Positions 19,296 through 29,089 of a DNA stretch of 64,000 bases are shown piece by piece (positions within the stretch are counted from its first letter, which is position 1; each line of letters starts with the position of its first letter). A model generated the notes under the pieces. It was not told where the DNA came from. It saw only the letters and a program-made list of their open reading frames with translations, and ran no database searches. Position numbers and translations under genes: made by a program. Origin of the DNA: Acidimicrobiia bacterium (lineage in GTDB: Bacteria; Actinomycetota; Acidimicrobiia; Actinomarinales; Actinomarinaceae); assembly GCA_028376655.1 (NCBI GenBank), contig JAONAZ010000004.1, positions 1,201 to 65,200 of the forward strand. Reading direction: 5' to 3'.

Positions 19296-19550
19296 ATGGT
19301 AGATAAAGAAATTATAGAAGCAATTGCAGAATTAAATGAATCAGAATTGAAACGATTGAAGCTACTTATCGATAACAAATTAAATTTAGACATGAATAAG
19401 AATAAGATTTCCTATCGGAGCAAAGATATAAAGTGTGGTAGAGAGTCTTGTAATTCATGTCCTCACGGTCCATATTGGTATGCTGAATGGACAGAAAATG
19501 GTAAAAGAAAAACAAAGTATTTAGGAAAAATTTTAAATGAAATTTCTTAA
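19296..19550 (+). CDS. Small Cys-cluster protein, function unknown
   Basis: 84 aa with an N-terminal helical region, then CGRESCNSCPHGPYWYAEWTENGKRKTKYLGK (C-x4-C-x2-C-x-H). Overlaps the next gene by 14 nt, which suggests translational coupling. Confidence 0.55.
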   Translation: MVDKEIIEAIAELNESELKRLKLLIDNKLNLDMNKNKISYRSKDIKCGRESCNSCPHGPYWYAEWTENGKRKTKYLGKILNEIS

Positions 19551-21723
19551 AGTTAAAATAACTCCATATTTAACTCAGATTTATTTTTATTTGTTGGCAA
19601 TTTTAATTTTAAGACTAGATTTAGTATTTTTAAATACTATGCCAACCGGTGGAGACATGGGAGCACATGTAGTACCCATAAAATACTTCATAGAAAACTT
19701 TGCGGCAGATTTTCAACTCAATGGTTGGTCCAACGATTGGTTTGCTGGCTATCCTCTATATTTTTTCTATTTTCCTCTTCCGGCATTAATTACATTCATG
19801 TTAAATTTATTCATTACTTACTCGATAGCGTTCAAAATAATGGTAGTTGGATCAATTATTCTTTCTATTTATTCATTTGAAAAATTAATCAGAAAAAAGT
19901 ATGAAAAATTTTCTATTTTTGGTTTTATTGCTGGTTTAACATATGTTCTTACTGAATCTTTTACAATTTATGGGGGGAACTTAGCTTCCACACTAGCTGG
20001 TCAATTTTCATTTACTTATTCAATTGCCTTTGCTAATTTAGCAATTGCTATTATTACAAAGTCAACAAATAAAAATAAATTTGTAATAAGTGCAGTATTT
20101 CTGGGTTTGAGTTTATTAAGCCATTTAATTCCGTTTATCATCTATGGAGTAATTTACTTGTATTTCTGGATAAATTCCAAAGGTACATCTGTAGAGAAAT
20201 TTTCTTCAGCTTTAATATTTGTGGCAATATCTATAAGATTTATAACTTCATTAATTCTTAATCTAGATTTGACTACAAACATGAGTTACACACCATACTC
20301 AAAGCTGAGTGACCTTATCAAAAATGATATCTTACCTTTTTTAATAGTTTTCTTGCTAATTCTCTCATTCAATTTTAAACAAATTTATGAAAGAAAAATA
20401 ATTTCAATATTTGAATGGTTTATTTTAGTATCTTCAGTACTTCTTTATTTTTTCGTACCAGAAGGTGCATTATGGAATGGAAGAGTAATTAGTTTTTTTA
20501 ACTTAGGTGTTATAGTTTTATTTTTTAAATTGCTTCAATATACTATCGAAGTGTCTTTTAAGTATGAGCAGGGAACACTAATTTTAAAAATTTTAAGCCT
20601 TGTTATTATTGTAACCTATCTAGTTAACTTTTCTCAGAAGTGGAATACTATTGGATATAAAGAGTTTCTTTATCCAATGGCTCTTACAGTAATTTTTGGA
20701 TGCGTATATTTCTTTATATCATCCTTAAATTTATTTAAACTGGCTTTCGCAACATCAATAATTTTTACAATTTCATTCCTGCCATATTGGGTAAGTTGGA
20801 ATTTCAACGGATATGAAAATAAAGAGAATTGGAGTGACGTTGAAAATCTATACTCAGACTTAAATAATCTTCCTCCAGGTAGGATAATGTGGGAGCCAAA
20901 TTCTGATTTGAATAAATATGGAACGCCTATGGTTTTAATGACCATACCTTTATATACACACCATACAAGTATGGAGGGATTATATTTTGACTCAAGTATT
21001 ACGACTCCGTTTCATTTTATTGCAGTGTCAGGACTAGCAGAACGTCCTTCAAATCCTGTGGGGGGATTGAGATATATCAATAATGAATTTGAAAAAGGTC
21101 AGAAATATTTACAAGACTTAGGTGTTGATTACTTTATTTCATATACAGATTCAATTAAACAGAAAGCACTTGAAAATAAACAATTAAATTATCTCTTTTC
21201 ATCGGGCCCGTTTACTGTCTTTCAGATTAATTCAGAAAAAGTAGAGTTAGTTAATCAAAAATTAATTAAATTTGAAAAAATTTCATTTTCGGAAAGGACC
21301 CTCAGTTCTATATTCAGAAATACTACATATAAAAATTTTTTTGAAGCAGCATATGAAAATTTTAACAAACTAGATACTGAAAGAATAATTGAAGTCTCGG
21401 CTACAGACTCTATCCAACCTCCTGAAACCTCAGAGCTTGCTAATGTTACAAATCTCAAAATAAATTCAGATAGAATTTCTTTTAATACAGACATGCCAAA
21501 TAAATTGCATATTATTAAGATTTCATATTTTCCAAATTGGGAGATAATTAATGGAGCAGGTCCATACAGAATATCACCTTCATTTATGGCCGTAATTCCA
21601 TATTCAGAAAATGTAGAACTTAATTTTGTTAGATCTAGATATGAAACTTACTCATTCTATATCTCAATATCTTCATTACTATTATTTCTAGTTTTATTTA
21701 GAAAGAAAAATAATTATGTCTAA
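19537..21723 (+). CDS. Large polytopic membrane protein, putative GT-C-type glycosyltransferase
   Basis: 728 aa. The N-terminal ~430 aa are hydrophobic (about 12-13 TM segments), followed by a soluble domain of ~280 aa and a final TM segment. It is co-directional with, and overlaps, a GtrA-like gene, and sits next to a GT2 gene. The family assignment is inferred from architecture only. Confidence 0.6.
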   Translation: MKFLKVKITPYLTQIYFYLLAILILRLDLVFLNTMPTGGDMGAHVVPIKYFIENFAADFQLNGWSNDWFAGYPLYFFYFPLPALITFMLNLFITYSIAFKIMVVGSIILSIYSFEKLIRKKYEKFSIFGFIAGLTYVLTESFTIYGGNLASTLAGQFSFTYSIAFANLAIAIITKSTNKNKFVISAVFLGLSLLSHLIPFIIYGVIYLYFWINSKGTSVEKFSSALIFVAISIRFITSLILNLDLTTNMSYTPYSKLSDLIKNDILPFLIVFLLILSFNFKQIYERKIISIFEWFILVSSVLLYFFVPEGALWNGRVISFFNLGVIVLFFKLLQYTIEVSFKYEQGTLILKILSLVIIVTYLVNFSQKWNTIGYKEFLYPMALTVIFGCVYFFISSLNLFKLAFATSIIFTISFLPYWVSWNFNGYENKENWSDVENLYSDLNNLPPGRIMWEPNSDLNKYGTPMVLMTIPLYTHHTSMEGLYFDSSITTPFHFIAVSGLAERPSNPVGGLRYINNEFEKGQKYLQDLGVDYFISYTDSIKQKALENKQLNYLFSSGPFTVFQINSEKVELVNQKLIKFEKISFSERTLSSIFRNTTYKNFFEAAYENFNKLDTERIIEVSATDSIQPPETSELANVTNLKINSDRISFNTDMPNKLHIIKISYFPNWEIINGAGPYRISPSFMAVIPYSENVELNFVRSRYETYSFYISISSLLLFLVLFRKKNNYV

Positions 21724-22195
21724 TTTTCTTAATTTTTTGAGAGATACACCCCTAATTAATGGCGATAGTTCGCTAGCTCAATTAATTAGAACATATATAG
21801 TCGGAGCATTCAATCTACTGGTTGGTTTGCTTTCTAACTATATTTTTCAATTTTTTATTTTTAACAACATAGCTATACCGTTACGTACTTATTTAACTAA
21901 TGTTGGATCCTTTTCAATCGGTGTAGTCATTTCTTACTTTCTATCAAGAAGAATTATCTTTAAACTCTCCACAAATGAAGGTAGTTTTAAAGAATTTATC
22001 AACTTTGTTCTAACGAACCTAATTAATCTAATATTGCCTTTGATAATTTGGTATTTAATTGACATCTACAGACCATCAATTCAAGAAAGTGAGATACAAT
22101 TCATAATTGCTACTGTGTTGATCTCCAGTGTCATCTTGCCAATCAAATATGTGATTTATAGACTCTTTGTATTTAAAGACTCTCTAGATAATTGA
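21716..22195 (+). CDS. GtrA-like small membrane protein
   Basis: 159 aa with 4 TM segments, matching the size and topology of the GtrA family. Overlaps its upstream neighbour by 8 nt. Confidence 0.65.
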   Translation: MSNFLNFLRDTPLINGDSSLAQLIRTYIVGAFNLLVGLLSNYIFQFFIFNNIAIPLRTYLTNVGSFSIGVVISYFLSRRIIFKLSTNEGSFKEFINFVLTNLINLILPLIIWYLIDIYRPSIQESEIQFIIATVLISSVILPIKYVIYRLFVFKDSLDN

Positions 22196-22890
22196 AGCCT
22201 TAATTTAAATAAACTTATAACTGTTCTTGGAATCCTATTATAAATCACAGACACACTGGGCCTGATTTCATTTACAACAGCAGGAATTTCAAGAATCTCA
22301 TCTCCACTCTTCTCAATTCTTATTAATAGTTCTGTATCAAAAAGATCTTGAGTCGAAACAACATTCTCAATCTGGCTTTTAATTGACTTACGCCTTACAG
22401 CTTTCATGCCATGTGTATCTGATAATTTTGTATTAAAGAGTATTTTTAAAATCTTTACAAAAGTAAAAGTTGCAAGCCTTCTAATAAGCCCTCTTCCGTC
22501 ATGAGATTTCACAAGTCGCTTGGACGCTGTAATGGCAGCAAATTTTCTGTTTAGTTTTAAAGCTTCATTTAGAAAATCTTCTGAAAAGTAATCTATATCA
22601 AATGAAATTACTATCTCACTTGTAGCACTAAGGAAGCCTTCCTTTAATGCATTGCCATAATTTGCTAAATCGATTGCTAGGATTTTGCATTCATTTTTAT
22701 CTAAAATGAATTGTTCAATTAAAGGTAGTGTTTGGTCCACAGATCCATTTTCAACAAAAATTAGCTCAAAGCCTATTTTTTGTCTTCTACAAATATCATA
22801 AATTTGTGTGGCAGAATGAATAATGATTTCTTCTTCGTTAAAGATAGGCACAACAACAGAAAAGTTTTTAACCGTAAAGTTGGTACCCAT
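22156..22890 (-). CDS. Family 2 glycosyltransferase, probable polyprenol-phosphate sugar synthase (GtrB/Ppm1-like)
   Basis: FSVVVPIFNEEE N-terminus typical of the GT-A fold, FVENGSVDQT, and a DxD-like FDIDY. Size is 244 aa. Confidence 0.8.
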   Translation of the reverse strand: MGTNFTVKNFSVVVPIFNEEEIIIHSATQIYDICRRQKIGFELIFVENGSVDQTLPLIEQFILDKNECKILAIDLANYGNALKEGFLSATSEIVISFDIDYFSEDFLNEALKLNRKFAAITASKRLVKSHDGRGLIRRLATFTFVKILKILFNTKLSDTHGMKAVRRKSIKSQIENVVSTQDLFDTELLIRIEKSGDEILEIPAVVNEIRPSVSVIYNRIPRTVISLFKLRLQLSRESLNTKSL

Positions 22891-22911
22891 TATATGTACA
22901 ATAACTTAATA

Positions 22912-24252
22912 ATGGTTCAAAATAAACTAGATTTAATTTTTAAGGCCTACGATGTCAGGGGGGTATACGGAGAAACCTTGACTAAAGAAATTGCTTACAA
23001 TATTGGAATTGCGTTTAGTCAATTTATTGAAAGTGAAACAATTATTGTTGGTCACGATGGTAGAAATTCGAATCTAGAAATCTTTGATTGTGTTGCAGCT
23101 GGCATCACCAGCAACGATAAAAAAGTTTTCTATATTGGGACATTTCCAACAGATGTTGTTTACTCCCTTTCTGGAATAATGGACTTACCTGGTCTGATTA
23201 TTACCGCTTCTCACAATCCAAAAGAGTGGAATGGTTTTAAGTTTTGTAACTCGGGAGCATCCCCTATAGGAATTGAATCGGGCTTACTTGAAATAAAGGA
23301 ACTAGCTTCTCAAAACTATAAAGAACCATCTGGGCAGATAAATATAAATAAGGAAGATATTGTTTCTACTTATATCGACCATTTAAAAACAATTGTCCAT
23401 CCAGAAAATATAGATAGTTCAATTAAATTCGCAGTAGATGGTGGAAATGGAGCTATAGGATCTGTGATAGATAATTTAACTTCTGCATACAATTTGAATT
23501 ATCAAGGAATTTATATGGATGTCGATGGCAATTTCCCCAATCACCCTGCAGATCCATCGGATTCCGAAAATTTAGTAGAGCTCATTGAATTAGTTCAAAA
23601 GAATAAATATGAATTCGGAGTCGCCTTTGATGGGGACGCAGATAGAGCAGTCTTTTCAGATAACCAAGGAAATATTATCTCAGGAAGTATTATGACGGCG
23701 ATAATTTCAGATTGGCTTCTTGAAAAAAGAAAAATGATAAAAGTTGTTCACAACGTTAATGTACCTCCAACAGTAGTCAATTATCTTTCAGGTAAAGGTG
23801 TGCACATGATTAGATCTAAAGTAGGACACTCATATATCAAGCAAATTATGAGAGATGAAGATGCTGACTTTGGAGGGGAACATAGTGCACATTTTTACCT
23901 GAGAGAAAATTACTATGCCGATTCAGGAATATTGACATTGTTAATTTTCCTTCAAATTTTATCGGAAAAAAAGCAAACCCCATCAGAATTAATTTCAAAC
24001 TACAGCTTTTTTCCTTCATCCGGAGAAATTAATTTTGTAGTAAAAGATGTCAAAGAGAGTATTGCAAAAATTGAAGAGAGTTTTGATAAAAGCTTTGATA
24101 AATTAGATGGTATTTCATATTTTGAAGATAATTATTGGTTTAACATAAGGGGTTCAAATACTGAACCTAAATTAAGGTTAAATGCTGAAGCCGAGAATTC
24201 TAATCTCCTGAATGGCTTAATAAATAAAATTTCAAATATAATAGAGGAATAA
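22912..24252 (+). CDS. manB: Phosphomannomutase/phosphoglucomutase
   Basis: Active-site TASHNPKEWNG, Mg loop FDGDADR and sugar loop GGEHSAH. The tracked start at 22780 overlaps the GT2 gene by 111 nt. ATG 22912 (MVQNKLDLIFKAYDVRG) matches the usual N-terminus. Confidence 0.9.
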   Translation: MVQNKLDLIFKAYDVRGVYGETLTKEIAYNIGIAFSQFIESETIIVGHDGRNSNLEIFDCVAAGITSNDKKVFYIGTFPTDVVYSLSGIMDLPGLIITASHNPKEWNGFKFCNSGASPIGIESGLLEIKELASQNYKEPSGQININKEDIVSTYIDHLKTIVHPENIDSSIKFAVDGGNGAIGSVIDNLTSAYNLNYQGIYMDVDGNFPNHPADPSDSENLVELIELVQKNKYEFGVAFDGDADRAVFSDNQGNIISGSIMTAIISDWLLEKRKMIKVVHNVNVPPTVVNYLSGKGVHMIRSKVGHSYIKQIMRDEDADFGGEHSAHFYLRENYYADSGILTLLIFLQILSEKKQTPSELISNYSFFPSSGEINFVVKDVKESIAKIEESFDKSFDKLDGISYFEDNYWFNIRGSNTEPKLRLNAEAENSNLLNGLINKISNIIEE

Positions 24253-25247
24253 TGACAAATATTGCTTACGAATTAGGAAACCAAGTTCAAGAAGATTTAC
24301 AATCTTCAAATGGTATAGATACTATTTCGTATGATTCTCTTCTCATCATGGGCATGGGAGGTTCAGGAGTCTCTGGAGATTTCTTAAAATTATTATCGAA
24401 TTCTGTTGTTTCCACTGAAGTGAATGTTTCAAAAAACTATACAATTCCAAAAGTTTTAGTATCTAAGAAACCTTTTTGTTTATTTATTTCATATTCAGGC
24501 AATACAGAAGAAACAATATCTGGAGTAAATGAAGCTATTTCAAATAAATTTAATTGGGCAGTAATTTCAAGCGGAGGAAAACTTATAGATTTAGCGAAAA
24601 ATCATGATAAAGAATATATACAAATTCCTTCAGGCCTTCAACCAAGAGCTGCTTTTGGGTATCTAGCTCAAGCAGTAAGCATTTTTCTCGATAATAATGA
24701 AAATACTAACTTCACTTCAGAGCTTCGTGAATCTGGAAAATACTTAAATGACTTACTTGAAAATGGTAAAGATTCTGACATAGAGCAAATTGCTGAAAAA
24801 TACTCAAGAACAATTATGCATAAGACCTGTGTTATTTATGCAGGAACAGAGGTTACTGAATTAGTAAGTTCGCGTTGGAAAACACAAATAAATGAGAATT
24901 CCAAATCTAAAGCTTTTATTGGATCTATGCCTGAAGTACATCATAATGAGATTCTTTCCTGGGAGGCAGATCTCAACGGAAGTAAAGAAGATTTTATAAT
25001 CATTTTTCTGAGAAGTCCTTTTGAACATCCTCAGATAAAGAAAAGATTTGAGCTTACTGAGCAACTTTTAGGTAATAAAGTTCAGATACTAAATATATTT
25101 CCAAAAGAATCAAAAAGTAAATTAAAAATTCTTATGGAACTAGTATTACTTGGAGATTTATTAAGTATTTCTCTGGCAGCAAAACTAAATATGGTGCCAG
25201 AAGATATTGACACAATAGAAAAACTAAAAAAATTACTAGGAGGATAG
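24252..25247 (+). CDS. SIS-domain bifunctional phosphoglucose/phosphomannose isomerase
   Basis: GMGGSGVSGDF and SYSGNTEET SIS motifs. Size is 331 aa. Positioned between manB and ahcY. Confidence 0.8.
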   Translation: MTNIAYELGNQVQEDLQSSNGIDTISYDSLLIMGMGGSGVSGDFLKLLSNSVVSTEVNVSKNYTIPKVLVSKKPFCLFISYSGNTEETISGVNEAISNKFNWAVISSGGKLIDLAKNHDKEYIQIPSGLQPRAAFGYLAQAVSIFLDNNENTNFTSELRESGKYLNDLLENGKDSDIEQIAEKYSRTIMHKTCVIYAGTEVTELVSSRWKTQINENSKSKAFIGSMPEVHHNEILSWEADLNGSKEDFIIIFLRSPFEHPQIKKRFELTEQLLGNKVQILNIFPKESKSKLKILMELVLLGDLLSISLAAKLNMVPEDIDTIEKLKKLLGG

Positions 25248-25250
25248 AAA

Positions 25251-26495
25251 ATGTCATCAATAAAAGATGCGAAATTAGCTGATTTAGGACATCAAGAAGT
25301 TGACTGGGCTGCAAGACAAATGAAGGTATTAGAAGATATTAAAACAGAGTTTTCTCAAACAAAGCCTCTTGAGGGATTAAATATTGGTGCATGTATGCAT
25401 GTTACAAAAGAAACTGCAAATTTAATGTTAACTCTTAAATCCGCTGGAGCTAATGTTGCTCTCTGCGCATCTAACCCATTATCAACAAAAGATTCAGTTG
25501 CAGCCTATCTTGCAGAAAGCGATATTGAAGTACACGCTATTCACGGAGTATCTAATGATGAGTTTTTTAAACACTTGAATGCTATTTTGGATACAAAACC
25601 TGATATCACAATGGATGATGGAGCTGATTTAGTTTCACTGCTACACACCGAACGAGCAGATTTACCAGTAATGGGTTCAATGGAAGAAACCACAACTGGT
25701 GTGATTAGATTGAAGTCAATGGAAAAAAACAACAAATTACGATTTCCAGTTGTAGCAGTAAACGATTCAGACACTAAACATCTTTTTGATAACAGATTTG
25801 GTACAGGTCAAAGTGCTATGGACGGGGTTATTAGAGCAACAGATTTATTAATAGCTGGATTGAATGTTGTAGTAATAGGATTTGGAGACTGTGGTAAAGG
25901 TGTTGCAGAAAGAGCATATGGCATGGGTGCAAAAGTTACGGTTGTTGAACCAAACTCAGTTAGAGCTTTAGAGGCATTAATGCATGGTTATGAAGTTAAA
26001 ACAAGTATAAATGCAGCCAAAATTGCAGATGTAATTATTTCGGTCACTGGAAATATGCATGCCCTTGATAAACAACATTTTGACGTAATGAAAGATGGAG
26101 TAGCTCTGGCTAATGCTGGTCACTTTGACGTAGAGATTAACCTTGCTGCATTAAAAGAAGGTAGTACCCAAGTTGATAGAGTAAGAGAACATGTTGAGAG
26201 TTATAAATACAATGGAAAAGAGATTTTAATCTTAGCTGAAGGAAGATTGGTTAACCTAGCTGCTGCAACAGGTCACCCAGCTTCTGTTATGGATATGTCT
26301 TTTGCAAACCAAGCACTGGCTGCAGAGTGGATTAAAGATAATTACAAAGAGTTGGAGCCAAAAGTCTATACCCTACCTAACGAAGTAGATTTAAAGATAG
26401 CTGCAACAAAATTAGGACTCATGGGTGGAGAATTAGAAATACTCACAGAGGAACAGATTAATTATCTTGATTCATGGGAGCATGGCACAAGCTAA
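25251..26495 (+). CDS. ahcY: Adenosylhomocysteinase
   Basis: 414 aa with the NAD-binding GFGDCGKG motif and the SMEETTTGV and NLAAATGHPASVMD regions. Confidence 0.95.
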   Translation: MSSIKDAKLADLGHQEVDWAARQMKVLEDIKTEFSQTKPLEGLNIGACMHVTKETANLMLTLKSAGANVALCASNPLSTKDSVAAYLAESDIEVHAIHGVSNDEFFKHLNAILDTKPDITMDDGADLVSLLHTERADLPVMGSMEETTTGVIRLKSMEKNNKLRFPVVAVNDSDTKHLFDNRFGTGQSAMDGVIRATDLLIAGLNVVVIGFGDCGKGVAERAYGMGAKVTVVEPNSVRALEALMHGYEVKTSINAAKIADVIISVTGNMHALDKQHFDVMKDGVALANAGHFDVEINLAALKEGSTQVDRVREHVESYKYNGKEILILAEGRLVNLAAATGHPASVMDMSFANQALAAEWIKDNYKELEPKVYTLPNEVDLKIAATKLGLMGGELEILTEEQINYLDSWEHGTS

Positions 26496-26497
26496 GT

Positions 26498-29086
26498 TTG
26501 AGTATTTTTAAAAAAGTCTTATCTGTTGGAAGTGGAAAACTTGCTACTGAACTAAACAAAAAAGTAGATGAGATAAATTCCAAGGAACAAGAATTAGAAA
26601 AATTAAGTGACGAAGAGATTAAAAATCTTTTTCAAGGACTCAAACAACGTTTAATTGATGAAGATGTTTACTCGCTTGAGGTAGAAGCATTCGCGCTGAC
26701 AAGAGAAGCAGCAAAAAGAACTCTGGGTCAAAGACATTATGATGTTCAGTTATTTGGTGGCATGGTTCTTCTAAGAAATAAGATTGCTGAAATGAAAACT
26801 GGTGAAGGTAAAACATTAGTTTCCACCCTACCTATTGCTCTGAGAGCACTTTATGGTAAAGGGGTTCATGTTGTGACAGTCAATGATTATCTTGCAAAAA
26901 GAGATGCTGAGTGGATGACTCCAATTTATAACTTTCTTGATTTAGAGGTTGGTCTTATTTTCTCAAACCAAGAATATAATGATAAACAAACTGCTTATAG
27001 CAAGGACATTACATACGGTACAAATAATGAGTTTGGATTTGACTACTTAAGAGACAATATGGCTCAAACAAAAGAGCAACTTACCCAGAAAAACCTATTT
27101 TATTCGGTGATTGACGAAGTTGACTCCATATTGGTCGATGAGGCAAGAACACCCCTAATAATTTCTGGTCGTGTAGAAGAGTCTACAAAATGGTATGTTC
27201 AGTTTTCAAAACTAGTTAAAGGAATGAAACAAGATATACATTATGAGATTGAAGAGAGCAAGAGACAGATTCATCCAACTGAGATTGGTATTGAATTAGT
27301 AGAACAACAACTTGGAATTAATAATTTATATGAAAACACAGAAACAAATTTTATACACTATTTAACAGCTTCCCTTAGAGCAAAAGCAATCTATACAAAA
27401 GATGTTGATTATATTGTGTCAGATGGCCAACTTAAAATCGTCGATGAATTTACCGGAAGAGTACTAGAGGGTAGAAGATATTCAGATGGTCTACACCAGG
27501 CACTTGAGGCTAAAGAGGGGTTGCAAATTCAAGATGAAAATCAGACACTAGCTTCAATAACTTATCAAAATTACTTTAGAATGTACGAAAATCTTTCTGG
27601 AATGACAGGTACCGCTAAAACTGAAGAAGATGAATTAATTCAAATCTACAATTTGGAGGTTGTTGATATACCTACCAATGTTCCCGTTGCAAGAGATGAT
27701 AAACAAGATGCTGTCTATAAAACTAGAGAGGCCAAAATAAATGCAGTTGTAGAAGACATAAATAATAGAAATAATGATGGTCAACCAATTTTACTTGGCA
27801 CAGTGTCAGTTGAGTCCTCTGAAGAACTTTCCAAAGCTTTAACCAATAAAGGCATCAAACACTCTGTATTAAATGCTAAAAATCATGAACAAGAAGCATC
27901 TATAGTTTCCCAAGCAGGACGTTTAGGTGCTGTGACTGTAGCTACCAATATGGCTGGTAGGGGAGTTGATATTAAACTTGGTGGAAATCCAGAAGAAATG
28001 GCAGTAATAACAGCTAAAAATGAGAATAAATTTTTAGACAAAGAGTTCATTCAAGAAAAGATAGATGAGTATGAAAGACAAACCACTGAAGAAAAAAATA
28101 AAGTGTTAAGCCTTGGTGGCCTGTATGTTTTAGGAACAGAACGTCATGAGTCACGCAGGATCGACAATCAGTTAAGAGGTAGATCAGGACGACAAGGAGA
28201 TCCTGGAGAGTCAAGGTTTTATATAAGTTTAGAAGATGATTTGATGAGAAGATTCCAAGGAGAGAGAATCCAATCGATCATGGATAAACTAAATTTGCCT
28301 GATGAAGAAAGAATTGAGCAAAACATGGTTACTAAGAGCATTGAAAGAGCTCAAGCACAAGTTGAATCTTTGAACTTTGAAATAAGAAAAAATGTGCTTA
28401 AATTTGATCAAGTTTTAAACCAACAAAGGGAAGTCATATACAGGTGGAGAAGAAACTTATTAATATCAGATGACATATCAGACTTGTTAAGAGAGTGGTT
28501 CCATGATATTAAAAGCAACATTTCACAAAACATAGAGTCTCACAAAAAATCTTATGAATCATTAGAACAATTTGAAAACTTAGTAAATGAAGAGTTAAAT
28601 GAATTTTTGAGTGAAAGTAAAAAGAATGAATTGTTAACAAATACTAAATTAGATGACTCATTAGAGCTGGGTGAAAACCTAGAAACACTCTTTAATAAAA
28701 ATGAACAAAAAGATAGTCTTAATTTCTGGAATCTCGCCAGAGCCGCAGCTTTGTCTTTTATTGACCAGACATGGAAAAACCACTTGAGTGAGATGGATTA
28801 TCTTAGATCCGGAATAGGACTACGAGCTATGGGTCAAAGAGATCCACTAGTGGAGTATCAAAAAGAAGGCTATGATTTATTTGAAGAATTAATATTTAGT
28901 GTCAAATCTTCAGTGGTAAGATTATTACTTAACTTTGATGGTGTTGATGTGAGTAAAAAAGAATCAAAACCTAAATCATCATTTTTATCTTCAGATGGCA
29001 AAGGGAACAAAGATTTTGGTAAGATTGGAAGGAATGATCCTTGTCCGTGTGGATCTGGTAAAAAGTATAAGAAATGTCATAGTTAG
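26498..29086 (+). CDS. secA: Preprotein translocase ATPase SecA
   Basis: MKTGEGKTLV Walker A, DEVDSILVDEARTPLIISG and TNMAGRGVDIKLGG motifs, plus the C-terminal zinc motif CPCGSGKKYKKCH. I prefer the TTG start at 26498 ((M)SIFKKVLSVGSGKL, 2 nt after the ahcY stop) over the tracked ATG 26474, which overlaps ahcY by 22 nt. Confidence 0.93.
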   Translation: MSIFKKVLSVGSGKLATELNKKVDEINSKEQELEKLSDEEIKNLFQGLKQRLIDEDVYSLEVEAFALTREAAKRTLGQRHYDVQLFGGMVLLRNKIAEMKTGEGKTLVSTLPIALRALYGKGVHVVTVNDYLAKRDAEWMTPIYNFLDLEVGLIFSNQEYNDKQTAYSKDITYGTNNEFGFDYLRDNMAQTKEQLTQKNLFYSVIDEVDSILVDEARTPLIISGRVEESTKWYVQFSKLVKGMKQDIHYEIEESKRQIHPTEIGIELVEQQLGINNLYENTETNFIHYLTASLRAKAIYTKDVDYIVSDGQLKIVDEFTGRVLEGRRYSDGLHQALEAKEGLQIQDENQTLASITYQNYFRMYENLSGMTGTAKTEEDELIQIYNLEVVDIPTNVPVARDDKQDAVYKTREAKINAVVEDINNRNNDGQPILLGTVSVESSEELSKALTNKGIKHSVLNAKNHEQEASIVSQAGRLGAVTVATNMAGRGVDIKLGGNPEEMAVITAKNENKFLDKEFIQEKIDEYERQTTEEKNKVLSLGGLYVLGTERHESRRIDNQLRGRSGRQGDPGESRFYISLEDDLMRRFQGERIQSIMDKLNLPDEERIEQNMVTKSIERAQAQVESLNFEIRKNVLKFDQVLNQQREVIYRWRRNLLISDDISDLLREWFHDIKSNISQNIESHKKSYESLEQFENLVNEELNEFLSESKKNELLTNTKLDDSLELGENLETLFNKNEQKDSLNFWNLARAAALSFIDQTWKNHLSEMDYLRSGIGLRAMGQRDPLVEYQKEGYDLFEELIFSVKSSVVRLLLNFDGVDVSKKESKPKSSFLSSDGKGNKDFGKIGRNDPCPCGSGKKYKKCHS

Positions 29087-29089
29087 TAT

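Noticed and set aside
22780-22911. N-terminal extension of manB from the tracked start at 22780.
   Set aside because: It would overlap the divergent GT2 gene by 111 nt. The extension (MSSTNIINLCGRMNNDFFF...) is not phosphomannomutase-like. ATG 22912 fits the family N-terminus.
26474-26497. The ATG at 26474 as the secA start (tracked ORF).
   Set aside because: It overlaps ahcY by 22 nt and adds a non-conserved MGAWHKLS extension. The TTG at 26498 gives the conserved SecA-type N-terminus. The choice is not certain.
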